A stretch of DNA of 64,000 bases from Sumerlaeia bacterium (GTDB taxonomy: Bacteria; Sumerlaeota; Sumerlaeia; SLMS01; JAHLLQ01): assembly GCA_040219255.1 (NCBI GenBank), contig JAVJSW010000004.1, positions 96,001 through 160,000 of the forward strand, read 5' to 3'. The notes under the pieces were generated by a model. That model did no database searches, was not told where the DNA came from, and saw nothing but the letters and a program-made list of their open reading frames with translations. Positions 52,291 to 63,400 of the stretch are shown here, piece after piece. Every line of letters begins with the position of its first letter. Positions within the stretch are counted from its first letter, which is position 1. The translations under genes and the position numbers were made by a program.

Positions 52291-55200
52291 TTTCCCTTCG
52301 CACATGTCTTGCCGTGGCGCTTCTGGCGCTGCCGCTGTCGCTCTCGGCACAGCCCCGGTCCCTCGATGACATCGAGACGGACCTGGAGGACGCCCGCACC
52401 TATCGCCTCGGCTATCCGCTCGACAAGAGCCGGTCGGCCCTGCGCGAGGAATGGCGCGGTCAGGATCGCTTCTCCACCTTCGTCACGCTCCGCCGCGAGG
52501 TGCAGGACTACCTGCTCTCGCCCCCCGATGGCACCACGGACGCGGACCGTGAGCGGGCGCTGCGTATCCTTCGCGAGTGCGTGAACGAATCGCTGTCCGG
52601 TCAGCTCCAGGTCGGCAACGAGCAGCTCCTCAACGCCGGGCGGCGCAAGTTCCCGTCGGTCATTTCGCCCGCCTCGCTCGAGCAGCTCCGCGCCCCCTAC
52701 GACGAACGCGACGAGTGGAAGGAACTGGCCCTGGCCGCCGCCGAGTTCGACATGAGCATCCTTGAGGCCCTCGACGCCGTGCGGTCCGTTCCCGAGTCCA
52801 AGCTGCCCCTGGGCGAGGCCCGGGTTCTAAGAAGCCGCGGCGGCGACGAAACGATCAATACCCCGGCGGAAGGCTTCCCCACCTATACGATCATCGATCA
52901 GCCGGAATTCGAAGCCGCCAACAGCCAGTTCATCCGCACGGAAGCCAACCTGCTGACGGGGACGCTGTCGCGCCGCGGGCTGGCGGCGTCCGCGCTGGTG
53001 GACCGGATGCGGCGGCTGGCCTATCGCGCCAACAACGAGGTGGAAGGCCGCCAGCGCCACGGCGAGCAAGGCGAGAAGCGCAAGGAAGAGTACAACCGCC
53101 TCGCCATGGAGCGCGCCAAACGCGACGGCCAGTTGATGTTCTACTCGGGCCTGATCCTGCGCAGTCAGCTCCAGGCCACCAGCGGCGATGTGAACCGCGA
53201 CGACTTCAAACTGCACAATGGCGACAAGCTCTTCGCGTCGATGAGCCAGCTCAACATTCTCTTCAAGGACATCCGCGACGGCCGGCCGCCCACCGGCATC
53301 GCCGACCAATTCGTCCCCAGCCCCAACAAACGCGTCGGCGGCCAGCAAGGCTACCTGAGCGACGCCATCACCTCCGTCAGCCGCGCCAAGGAAAGCCAGC
53401 AACTGGCCGAAGCCCGCCTGAACCAATTCCAGCAGGCCCAAGTCAGCCAGGTGGAACGCAACCGCGGCATCCGCGAGCAGTACCTCACCCAAATCGGCCA
53501 ACTGACCGGCTTCCTGGTGGACGCGGACGCCGGCGTGCTGGCCGATCCGCTGGATGAGGGGCGGGTGTTTACGCTGAGTTCGGCGGAGGATCGGGGGGAA
53601 TTCCTGGATCTGTTGGATGAGCGGATAGAAGAGGCCACGAATCAACTGCGAGAAGGTTCGGGTCAAACGGTCGTCGCACAATTGGGAACGATCGGTTCAG
53701 CGCTTGTCAGAAGGCAACAGACGTTTATTTCAGCGGAACTTGCACAGGAAAAAGTCAATCAAATCGGATCATCTATTGGCCGAATTGAACAAAAGACCCA
53801 ACGAGCAAATGCAACGACGGAAAAGTACACACAAAAGAGAAATGTCAATGCGCTCATCATCGGTGTTTTGCAATCTGTATACGACGGCATTATTGCCGGC
53901 AAGCCCGACAACCCCTTCAATGCCAGCCCGTCGGCTAGCATCGCCGCAGGGGCAAGAACTTTCCTAGGCACGATTGACCGAATATCGGGAAACCTAATTT
54001 CGCAGTCGGAATCCATCGAGTTTCGGAATTTGGATAGCGAGTTTCAGATCAAAGAGATTCTGGGTGGAGTTCGATCTTCTGAGCTTGAGGTCGATATTCA
54101 ACTTAGTTCCTCCACCCAAGCCTCCCTCGAAATCGATCAACTCCGCCGCCAAATCTCCGACCTCGTCGAAAACCTCAACATCTACCGCGTCGAGACCTCG
54201 GAACTTTGGTATCTCGATCCCTCCCTCGAACGCGAAAAGGAAGACGCGGAAATCCAGGCCGATCTCGATCTGCAGGATTGCCTCGCCACACTTTACGATC
54301 TGACGCGGGCGCTCGAGTTCTACTGGACCGAGGACTTCCAGAACCCGGTGCAGACCATCGACGGCGGCATTGTGACGCTGCCGAACTTTGCCAACGATTT
54401 CACGGAAATCGACGATCTCTATGCCATCACGGACGCCTTCGACGCGGAGAAATACCTGAACGCCGTGGGCTTCAACCTCAGCGCCGGCAGCGCCGCCGGC
54501 TGGGACAGCACGCTGCGGGCGTTGCGCCAGTCGGTCCCGGCCACCAACCAGACGGTGCTGCTGTCGCTGCGCAAGGACATCCTCGGCTTCGTCGTGCCGG
54601 AACGCGTTTACTGGGACGTGGCCCTGGACCGGCCCGGCGATAAACTGGTGCAGATTCACGAGGCCGGGCACATCCTCTCGGGCTTTGAAAACGCCTACGC
54701 CTATTACGAAAACGAGGCCATCACCAAGTTCCGCGACGCCCTCCACAGCGGCCGCCGCGACGCCTGGGAATTCGCCTTTGGCACGGGACGCGACCCCCAG
54801 CGCTTCCGCCCCGGGTTCGAGATGGTTTTCAGCACCAACGAGAAGTCGGCCTATTACTACGACGCCCGCGAGTGGAACGCCCGCATCGAAACCATCCAGG
54901 TGGACGTGCGCACAGAAGGCGGGTTCCTCCCCCCCGGCCAGGAAGAAAACTTCATCCGCCTGAACCTGATCCAGGAAGGCACGGTGAAGTTCCGCCGCTC
55001 CTTCCCGCTCGAACTCTCCGACGCGCAGTTCGATGTGTACCAGACCGAGTTCCGCTATCGTTCGGACCGGCTCCGGGTTTCGCCCTATGAATTCCCGGTC
55101 CACGCCAGCGTCAACGGCAGCACCGGCCAGTTCGGCGGTCAAGTCACCCCGCTGCCGTATTTCTTCAGCCCCATCTGCAGCAGTTGGCGGGTGGTTCTCG

Positions 55201-55313
55201 ATCCGCTCTCGCACACGGCGAACAACTACGCCGACATCAACAAAATCAAAGACATCCGTCTGATCATGACGCTGCGGTCGGGCATCCCTCCGACCCTGGC
55301 GGAAGGACTGTAA
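52287..55313 (+). CDS. Secreted coiled-coil protein resembling the C-terminal half of Tc toxin subunit A (channel helices + TcB-binding domain)
   Basis: GTG start overlaps the upstream TGA; signal peptide (LSA|Q). Long helices flank a hydrophobic hairpin (ALIIGVLQSVYDGIIAG..SIAAGARTFLG). LYDLTRALEF, ARIETIQVDV and C-terminal SSWRVVLD..DINKIKDIRLIMTLRS resemble TcA SxWxL..ISDIILHIRY. Confidence 0.6.
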   Translation: MISLRTCLAVALLALPLSLSAQPRSLDDIETDLEDARTYRLGYPLDKSRSALREEWRGQDRFSTFVTLRREVQDYLLSPPDGTTDADRERALRILRECVNESLSGQLQVGNEQLLNAGRRKFPSVISPASLEQLRAPYDERDEWKELALAAAEFDMSILEALDAVRSVPESKLPLGEARVLRSRGGDETINTPAEGFPTYTIIDQPEFEAANSQFIRTEANLLTGTLSRRGLAASALVDRMRRLAYRANNEVEGRQRHGEQGEKRKEEYNRLAMERAKRDGQLMFYSGLILRSQLQATSGDVNRDDFKLHNGDKLFASMSQLNILFKDIRDGRPPTGIADQFVPSPNKRVGGQQGYLSDAITSVSRAKESQQLAEARLNQFQQAQVSQVERNRGIREQYLTQIGQLTGFLVDADAGVLADPLDEGRVFTLSSAEDRGEFLDLLDERIEEATNQLREGSGQTVVAQLGTIGSALVRRQQTFISAELAQEKVNQIGSSIGRIEQKTQRANATTEKYTQKRNVNALIIGVLQSVYDGIIAGKPDNPFNASPSASIAAGARTFLGTIDRISGNLISQSESIEFRNLDSEFQIKEILGGVRSSELEVDIQLSSSTQASLEIDQLRRQISDLVENLNIYRVETSELWYLDPSLEREKEDAEIQADLDLQDCLATLYDLTRALEFYWTEDFQNPVQTIDGGIVTLPNFANDFTEIDDLYAITDAFDAEKYLNAVGFNLSAGSAAGWDSTLRALRQSVPATNQTVLLSLRKDILGFVVPERVYWDVALDRPGDKLVQIHEAGHILSGFENAYAYYENEAITKFRDALHSGRRDAWEFAFGTGRDPQRFRPGFEMVFSTNEKSAYYYDAREWNARIETIQVDVRTEGGFLPPGQEENFIRLNLIQEGTVKFRRSFPLELSDAQFDVYQTEFRYRSDRLRVSPYEFPVHASVNGSTGQFGGQVTPLPYFFSPICSSWRVVLDPLSHTANNYADINKIKDIRLIMTLRSGIPPTLAEGL

Positions 55314-55376
55314 CGCGCCACCATGCCCCTCGCCCAATCCACACCCCCAAGCGACCCATCACAGGAGTCCCCCATC

Positions 55377-57434
55377 ATGTCGTTCATTGCCCGCAAAACG
55401 CTCGGTTTCTTTTCGTGCCTGCTGGCGGCGGCGCTGCTCGCCACCGCCCCGGCCATCGCCCAGGAAGACAACATCCCCGAATACATCCCGCTCCAGGGCC
55501 AGTTGACGAACCAGAACGTCTCGGGCGGCGCCGGCAACGAAGTCGCCGAGGATGGCGTCTACACCCTCACCGTTCGCATCTACGAAGCCCCCACCGGTTC
55601 GTCGATCCTCTGGGAAGACACGTTCCAGAACCTGCCGGTGGTCAACGGCGTCTTCAACGTGATCCTGGGCAGCCAGCGCAGCCTCAACGACATCGCCAGC
55701 CCCGTCGGCGACGAAGACCTCCTCGACCGTCTCGCCCAACGCGGCGTGCTCTACGTCGGCCTCACCATCAGCGAACGCGACGGCCTCGAACTCGTCGGCC
55801 CCGTCGAAATGCTCCCCCGGCTGACGCTTCTCCCGGTGGCGCTGTCGATGAAGAGCAAGAAGGCGATCAATTCCGATCTGCTCGACAATCGCCACTGGGA
55901 TTACTACTTCACGGGGGATAAGGCCAAGGATGCGAACAAACTGGATGGGTATGATTGGAACGACCTGCTGACCGGGCCGGGTGCCGTGGGGGATGGTTCG
56001 GTGAAGGTGAAGGGGGCGTTTTTGCCCGAGGACAAGATCACCCCGACGGGCGCGACCGTCCAACCTGGAACAATGCTGGAGCAAATGGGTGGTTTGATCG
56101 ATTACGTGATCGATCCCCGGAGTTTGGACTCGAACAACGATGGAACCCCGGATTTGGCTCTCGGCGCGGCGACCACTTTGGCGGGCAGCGCGGTGACCAC
56201 GACCTACACGACGTGGATGGTGTGTGCTCAAAATTCGCAGGGCACACTGAAGTTCCCCGATCCGGCGACGCCGGGGCTGGCACCCGCCGTGGCGGCGAGT
56301 TATGAGGTGATCGATGTGTCGTTGAGGGGGCTGACGATTCCGGCGAAACAATTGACAACCGGACAAATCGCGAATCCAACCTATGATTGGAGGGAATTGA
56401 CACCTGCTCCAGGGCAGACGGCGATCCCTGTTGGTCAGTCGGCTATACCTCAGGGCTCTAACAAGGCTCAAGGTATGGCATATGATCCTGCTTTGGATTC
56501 TTACTGGCTTATGATCGATAATTTTACCGCGGTTTATATTATATGGAGAGACGATCAGGATGATAGCAGGTATAAGTTTCGCCAAGTAGATTTTCCACCA
56601 GGCACGGATTCTATTACAACGGAGGGCGATGGACTCGAAGTTGTGATTGATCCAATAACCAGTGACCGACTGCTGTTGGTGGGTTCAGGAGTTTCCGGAG
56701 ACAATTTCCATCTCCCATTTACAACGGAAATTGTTGGGACAACTCCGGAGACTGCAACTCTCATAAATTGGTATCAAGGCATTGTTGGTGGTGCCAGTAG
56801 TGCCAACCGCTATGCTTATGGAGCCATTTACGACCACAAGCGCCATCGCTTTCATCAATGGGGTGGTCGAAAATCACAAGATGGTGCTATTCAAGGAACC
56901 TACCTGCGATATGATTTGGCAAACAACCTTCTGACTTTTGGGGAGAATATTTCGAGTTCGACGTCTAGTGTCGCTGAGGCCTACACGGCTTTCGATCCCG
57001 TCAACGACATTGGATATATCGTCGGTGGCGAGGTTGGGGTTTCCGTTGAATTGCGAACATTCGATCCGGTTACGGAGTTGTTCACAAGTTTGGGAAGAAA
57101 CGATATGGAGGGAGATTCTACAGGCATCGGATTCATTCATCCATTTACCAGGAAATTTATGGGCTGGGGCGGTAGAACAGACAACAATTTGGGTAATAAT
57201 TCCCTCTGGCTTTTTGATCCGGATGAACCGAATTGGGATATTACATATCTTCAAACAAATGCCCCCGAAGCCAGAATGAGTCACGTCGGTTGCATGGATA
57301 CGAAAAGACAGAGACTAATTATGTTTGGTGGCACGGACATCGGCACTGGAAATAATATTCTGGCCGACCTCTGGGAACTCGACTTCGGCGGCAAAGTCGC
57401 CACCCAAGGCACCATCATCAAAGTCGGCCCCTGA
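55377..57434 (+). CDS. Secreted fibre-like protein with C-terminal Kelch/beta-propeller domain
   Basis: AGGAG RBS and signal peptide (AIA|Q). IPLQGQLT..VRIY..LWED..VVNGVFNVILG N-domain, NSDLLD / DANKLDG fibre motifs, Kelch-like WGG / VGG / WGG / FGG..DLWEL repeats. Confidence 0.7.
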   Translation: MSFIARKTLGFFSCLLAAALLATAPAIAQEDNIPEYIPLQGQLTNQNVSGGAGNEVAEDGVYTLTVRIYEAPTGSSILWEDTFQNLPVVNGVFNVILGSQRSLNDIASPVGDEDLLDRLAQRGVLYVGLTISERDGLELVGPVEMLPRLTLLPVALSMKSKKAINSDLLDNRHWDYYFTGDKAKDANKLDGYDWNDLLTGPGAVGDGSVKVKGAFLPEDKITPTGATVQPGTMLEQMGGLIDYVIDPRSLDSNNDGTPDLALGAATTLAGSAVTTTYTTWMVCAQNSQGTLKFPDPATPGLAPAVAASYEVIDVSLRGLTIPAKQLTTGQIANPTYDWRELTPAPGQTAIPVGQSAIPQGSNKAQGMAYDPALDSYWLMIDNFTAVYIIWRDDQDDSRYKFRQVDFPPGTDSITTEGDGLEVVIDPITSDRLLLVGSGVSGDNFHLPFTTEIVGTTPETATLINWYQGIVGGASSANRYAYGAIYDHKRHRFHQWGGRKSQDGAIQGTYLRYDLANNLLTFGENISSSTSSVAEAYTAFDPVNDIGYIVGGEVGVSVELRTFDPVTELFTSLGRNDMEGDSTGIGFIHPFTRKFMGWGGRTDNNLGNNSLWLFDPDEPNWDITYLQTNAPEARMSHVGCMDTKRQRLIMFGGTDIGTGNNILADLWELDFGGKVATQGTIIKVGP

Positions 57435-57474
57435 TCCCCCGCGCCATTCCCCCGCCCCGGAGTTCCCCGCCCCC

Positions 57475-60400
57475 TTGTTCCCCAAGCCCGCTCAACGCCG
57501 TCCCGTCCGCCTCTGCGGCCGCCCTCTCGGGGCGGCGGTCCTGGCTATGGCGATGGCGGCTGTAGGCATCGCCCCCGCCCAGGACAAATCCGGCGTGAAA
57601 CCCAACGTCCTCTCGCTCCCCACCGGCGCCGGGTCGGTGGAGGGATTGGGCGAATCGTTCGAGCCTCAGCTCAATTCCGGCACCGGGTCTTATAGCGTGA
57701 AGATCGCGATTCCTCCAGGGCGGGCGGGGTTCGCTCCGGGGATGACGTTGGCGTACAATACGGGCGCCGGGAATTCGGAGTACGGCATCGGGTGGTCGCT
57801 GGCCATTCCGATGATCCAGCGTCAGACGGACAAGGGTCTGCCGGCCTATTCGGACGCGGACGTGTTTCTCTATCAGGGCGAGGAACTGGCTCGGCTGACC
57901 GATGGCACCTGGCGCTGCGAGAACGAGGGGAGCTTTGTCCGCCTGCGGCGCGAGGGGCTCGGCTGGGTGGCGACGGAGCGGGGCGGCACGCGGCATTACT
58001 TCGGCGAGACAACGCGGCAGCTTCGCGGCGGCAAGGACCGCTTCGACGAGACCTTTTGCTGGCACCTGGACCGCAGCGTCGACGTGAACGGCAACACGAT
58101 TCGCTATGTGTATCGCCAGTTCGAGGACTCGCCCGGCCGCTTCTATCCCAGCCGCGTGCGCTACAATGAAAACGAGGCGGGGACCAAGTACTTCGAGGTG
58201 TCGTTCGAGTACAGCAACCCGGCGCTGTCCTCGCCCCAGACCGGCGCGGTCGCGTTGGCCGATTGGTGGGAAGCGGCCCGCAAGACCGAACGGGCTGAGA
58301 AGGCGCTGCAAACGGGCTATGCGGTGCCGGAGGGCTGGGACGAGAGTTTTCAGTTGGCCGGCGTGGACACGCGGCCCGACGCGCTGTCGGATTTCCGCGC
58401 CGGGTTTCATCAGCGCTGGGGCCGGCGGTGCAGCGCCATCAGCGTCAAGCAAGAAAACCTGACGATCCGCCGCTACGAATTGCGCTATCAGGACGAGGAC
58501 GCGGACAAGGACGCGCTGCAGAGCGACCTGTCGCTGCTGCGGACGGTGACGGTCTTTGGCAAGAACGCGCCGCCGCCCTACGACGACACGAATCGCTATC
58601 GCCTGCCGACGTTGACCTTCGATTACACCGAGTTGGCCCGGCCCGGCTCGGCGCCGGTCTTTCAGGTCCGCGGCGAGCCCCGCTTTCCCCTCGGCGATCC
58701 CAACACCGACGTGCTGGATGTGAACGCCGATGGCTTGCCCGACATCGTGCACATCGAGCCCGAGGACTCGGTCTATTGGCTGAACCTGGGGCCGGATTTG
58801 GATGGGACGGTGCGCTTCTCGCCCGAGCAGCGCCTCCTCGACGTGCCCGGCGGCCTGCGCCTGTCGGACCCGAACGTTCAGCTCGCGGACTTCGACGGCG
58901 ACAGCGCGACGGATCTGGTGCACTACAAGGGCCCCGGCGGCCAGAACATCGGCATCCTGTGCAGTCCCGCCCGCGTGGCGGAGAACTACACGGACGACGG
59001 CTTTTTCCAGAACGGCTTCTCGCGGCTTGGCGCCGAACAGACCTACACCGGCCCGGCGCCCTTCGCCCTCGGTCAGCCGAACGTGCAGTTTCAGGACCTG
59101 AACTTCGACAAGTTCATCGACGTCGTGGTCAGCGATCCCTTCGGCTTCACCTATTACCTGAACAACGAAGGCCGGAGCTGGATCGATCTGGGCTCCACCG
59201 ATTTCGGCGAGGCCGCCATGGCCAACGTGCCCTCGGCCATCCAGTTCGGCACCCCGGGCGTGCAGTTGGCCGACATGAACGGCGACCGCTTGCAGGATCT
59301 CGTGCAGGTGCTGGTGGACGATGGGCGGGCGCGGGTCACGTTTTGGCACTCGCGCGGCGACCGCCGGTGGGACCTGGGCCGGGTGATGCTGGGCAACACC
59401 TTCACGTTCTCGAGCAACGTCGAGGACCTGCGCGTGATGGACGTCAACGGCGATGGTTTGTCGGACCTGGTGGCGCTGGGCAGCGGCACGCCGCGGAGCC
59501 GGCTGCGTTATTGGATCAACACGGGCAACGGCAGCTATGGGGCGCCGGTGACCTTTGACGAACGGACGAGCCAGCTGCCCGCCTACACCGCCGAGACAGC
59601 CATCCGCTCCGCCGATATGAACGGCAACAACATGACCGATCTGGTCTATGCGAATGGGACGCGGATCGAATTCTTCGACTTCTCCGGCGGCGGGCCAAAG
59701 CCCAACATGCTGTCCGGCGTGGACAATGGCATCGGCAAGAAAGTCCGCATTGATTATCGCTCGAGCATCGATCACATGGTCGCCGACCGCGAGGCGGGCC
59801 ATCCCTGGCGCGAAGCGATTCCCATGGCGGTGCCCGTGGTGACCAACATCATCACCGCCTTCGGCCCGGCCTTCGACCTGAACGAGGACGGCAACGCCTG
59901 GACCATCGAGGGCCTGGAGCATGGCTTCGACATGGATGGCGACAGCAACTTCGACGAAGTCTACACCGCCTCGATCCGCTATCACGACGCCTACTGGGAC
60001 CCGTTCGAGAAGGAGCACCGGGGGTTTCGCTACGCCGAGAAAATCGAGTGGGGCGACGACTTTCAGCTCAAGTGGAACAGCCCCTTTCGCACCATCCCGG
60101 ACGCGCACCCCATCGCCCGCGTGGGCGAAGCCAAGAGCGTCACCAGCGTCTCGCGATTCCGGTTTCACCTGGGCGATCCCGATGGCCTGGACAACCACGA
60201 ATATCCCGAGCCCTATGGCGGCCCGACCCGCACCGACGAACGGACCGAGGACGGCGGCGGCGAGGAAGAGTCGCTGAAGGGCAAACCGCTGTGGGAGGAA
60301 ACGGTCGACGGCGGGGCCTTGGCAGATGGGGCCCTAATCCCCGGCGAACCCGCGCCGCTGACCTACGTCTACCTGCGCAAAGAATACGGCTACGAACTGC

Positions 60401-63400
60401 GGCGCCTGTATGGGCTCCAGGGCAACTCTCCCGTGCCCGCTCCCGCGTTCCGGAACACTTCGTCCACCAACGGCCGCCAAGTCACCTTCCCCATGATGGT
60501 GGCGACGCGCACCTGGGAGGTGGAGGCGAACGGTTACCTGCGGGAACGGCTCGTTGTGCCGAACGGATTGACCTTTCCAGAGAAAGCGCCGGTCGAACTC
60601 TTCTCGGAAATCACCTACGACGATTACGGCAACGCCATCCGCGAAGCCAACCACGGCATCGTCAACGATGGCGGCGACGCCGACGACGAACGCATCACCC
60701 ATCGCCAATTCACCCAGAACACCATCGATTGGCTGGTCGATCGCGTTTTCGAGGAGCGTGTAACGGACGAAAGCGGCCGGTTCGTTTCCATGACCCGGAC
60801 GTACTATGACGGCCCGCCTTTCGTAGGGCTGGCGCTGGGCCAGGTCGGCGTCCGCGGACTGCCGACGCGCGTCGAGCAGTTCATCAACGGACACGCCGTT
60901 CCCGCCTCCAACGAAACCATCGGCGATGAAATCGGCGACGCTCGCCTGGAAGACATCGCTTCGGTTCAGGCCAGCCGCGTGGCCTACGATGCCTTCGGCA
61001 ACGCCATCGCCTTGATCGATCCCCTCGGCGTGCCTTACGTTTCCCAGCCCTTCGACGCCGGCGAAGACTACCTCGGCGCCACCGAATACGGCCATGTTCG
61101 CTCCGTGGCCTACGACGACCAATACCACGCCTTCCCCATCGAGGAAACGATCCACCTCGAATCGCCCAAAGCCCCCCTGGCCATGACCGCCACCTACGAC
61201 TTCGGCCTTGGCGTGATGACGACTTCCAGCGATTTCAACGGCAACATCACCGAATACAGCTACGATGTCTTTGGCCGGCTGACCGCCATCGCGAAGCCCG
61301 GTCCGGACCCGCTGAAACCCACCCGGTCGCAGGACTCCTTCGACCGCCCCACCCAGGTCTTCCAGTACATCGCCACCAACCCCTGGACCGGCACCCAGCT
61401 CATCTACGATCGCGACGGCGCCATCGCACCCTTTCCGCCCATCGCCGGGGCCCCCGGCCCCCTCGCCAACATCGTGCGGACGTTCCTTCGCGAGGATTTT
61501 GAGAACGGAGAAGGCTACAATACTCTCGACGCCTTCAAGTACACCGACGGCCTGGGGCGCACCCTGATGGAAATCAGCGAACCGGAAGCCCCTTCCGAAC
61601 GCCTCGACATGCAGCCCACAGGCCCGGTCGTGGCGACGGCGACGCGCTATAACCTGCGCGGGTCGCAGTACACGAACTACATCCCTTACTTCGGCGCAGA
61701 GAGCCTCAACAGCCTCTACTTCCCCCCGCCCGCCGCGGCGGAGCCCGGAGGTACGGCCCGCACCGAAATCTATCCCGACGCCCTGGGCCGGCCGGTGCGC
61801 ACCGAGATGCCGCCCGAGGATGAAGGCGGCGACCGGCTGGAGACCTGGACTTTCAATCTGCCGCGCGAAACCCATTCCTACGACGAGGAACAAAGCCGCC
61901 CCGGCAGCGACCACTTCGGCGCCCACATGGAGCACGAAAAGGACGGCCTCGACCGCCTCGTCAAAGTCCGCGAAGTCGTCCGCATTTCCGACATTGGCGA
62001 CGTACTGCCCACCACGGATTCGCTGCGCGTCTGGCAGACGGAATACGATTACGATTTGCAGGACAACCTGATCCACATCACGGACTCGCGCGGAAACCAG
62101 AAGTGGATGCGGCACGACGGCCTGGGGCGGAAGGTCTTCATGAACGACCCGGACCGAGGCGTGCTGGAGTATGAGTACGACGACGCTTCGAATCTGATCC
62201 GCACCGTCGATGCCAAGGCCCAGGAAATCCGCTATGGCTATGATGGCGCGAACCGCCTCCTGTGGGAGGATTACCGCGACGCGGGCCAGCCCGTTTCCCA
62301 CGGCCGCGACTACGATCCCGCTCAGCCCCTCGGCCCCGCCAACCGCCCCGATGTGCTGTACCACTACGATGCGTGGGACGGACCGGCCATCGACTTTGGC
62401 AACGGGCGCCCCGCAGGCATCCCCGCCAACACCGCCGGAATGATGGTCGCGGTGGAGGACCTGACCGGCGCCGAGACCTTCAGCTACGACCCTCGGGGCC
62501 GCGTCGCCTGGCGCGTCAAAGCCGTCGCCGATCCCTACCTCGACCCCGCCGATCCCGATTGGCGCTCGCGCCTGACGCCCTTCAGTTTCGTCTTTCGCTA
62601 CGATTCGATGGATCGCGTCCGCGACATGATCTATCCCGACAACGACGCCGTCCATTATCGCTACAATCGGCGCGGAGAAATCGACGCCGTCTATGGCGGC
62701 CTCGTCACCGACGAGTCGCCCGGCAACCCCATCGTCAAAGCCTACGACGCCATTCCCTCGGGCCAGGAAGACGTCCGCTGGCTGGGCAACGACATCGTCT
62801 CGCGGCGCGAGTACGACCCACGGCTGCGCATGAGGCGCCTGCACCACACCGGCGGCTACCAGCCCGGCCTCTCGGTCGAGGCCACCGACTATCGCTTTGT
62901 CGATTACGGTTACTCCTTCGATGGGGCGTCGAACATCCTCGCCATCGCCGACCAACGCCCCACCGACCCCGCCATCGCCGGAGCCGTGCCCGCCGACAGC
63001 GAACGCCGCAATACCCAACACTTCGCCTACGACGACCTCTACCGCCTGATCCAGGTCCAATACCCCCGCGCCGGGTCGCCCGGCGGCCTCGGCGGCCAGA
63101 TCGATTACCGCTACGACCGCATCGGCAACATGCTGGCCAAAACCACCCCCGCCCCCGGCGCCGATGGGCATTTCGAGATTCTGGAGGACGGCCAATCCAT
63201 CGTCCACCTGGGCACCATGGCCTATGGCGAAGGCCCCGGCCCCCAGACCGGACCCTCGGGCCGCGTGGGGCGCTATGCCGGAGAAGCCCCGGGCCCCCAC
63301 GCCCTGACCAGCACCGCCAGCGGCCGCTCTTATGAGTACGACGCCAACGGCAACATGACCCTGATCGAGGATGACACCGCGACCTGGGACTTCAAGGACC

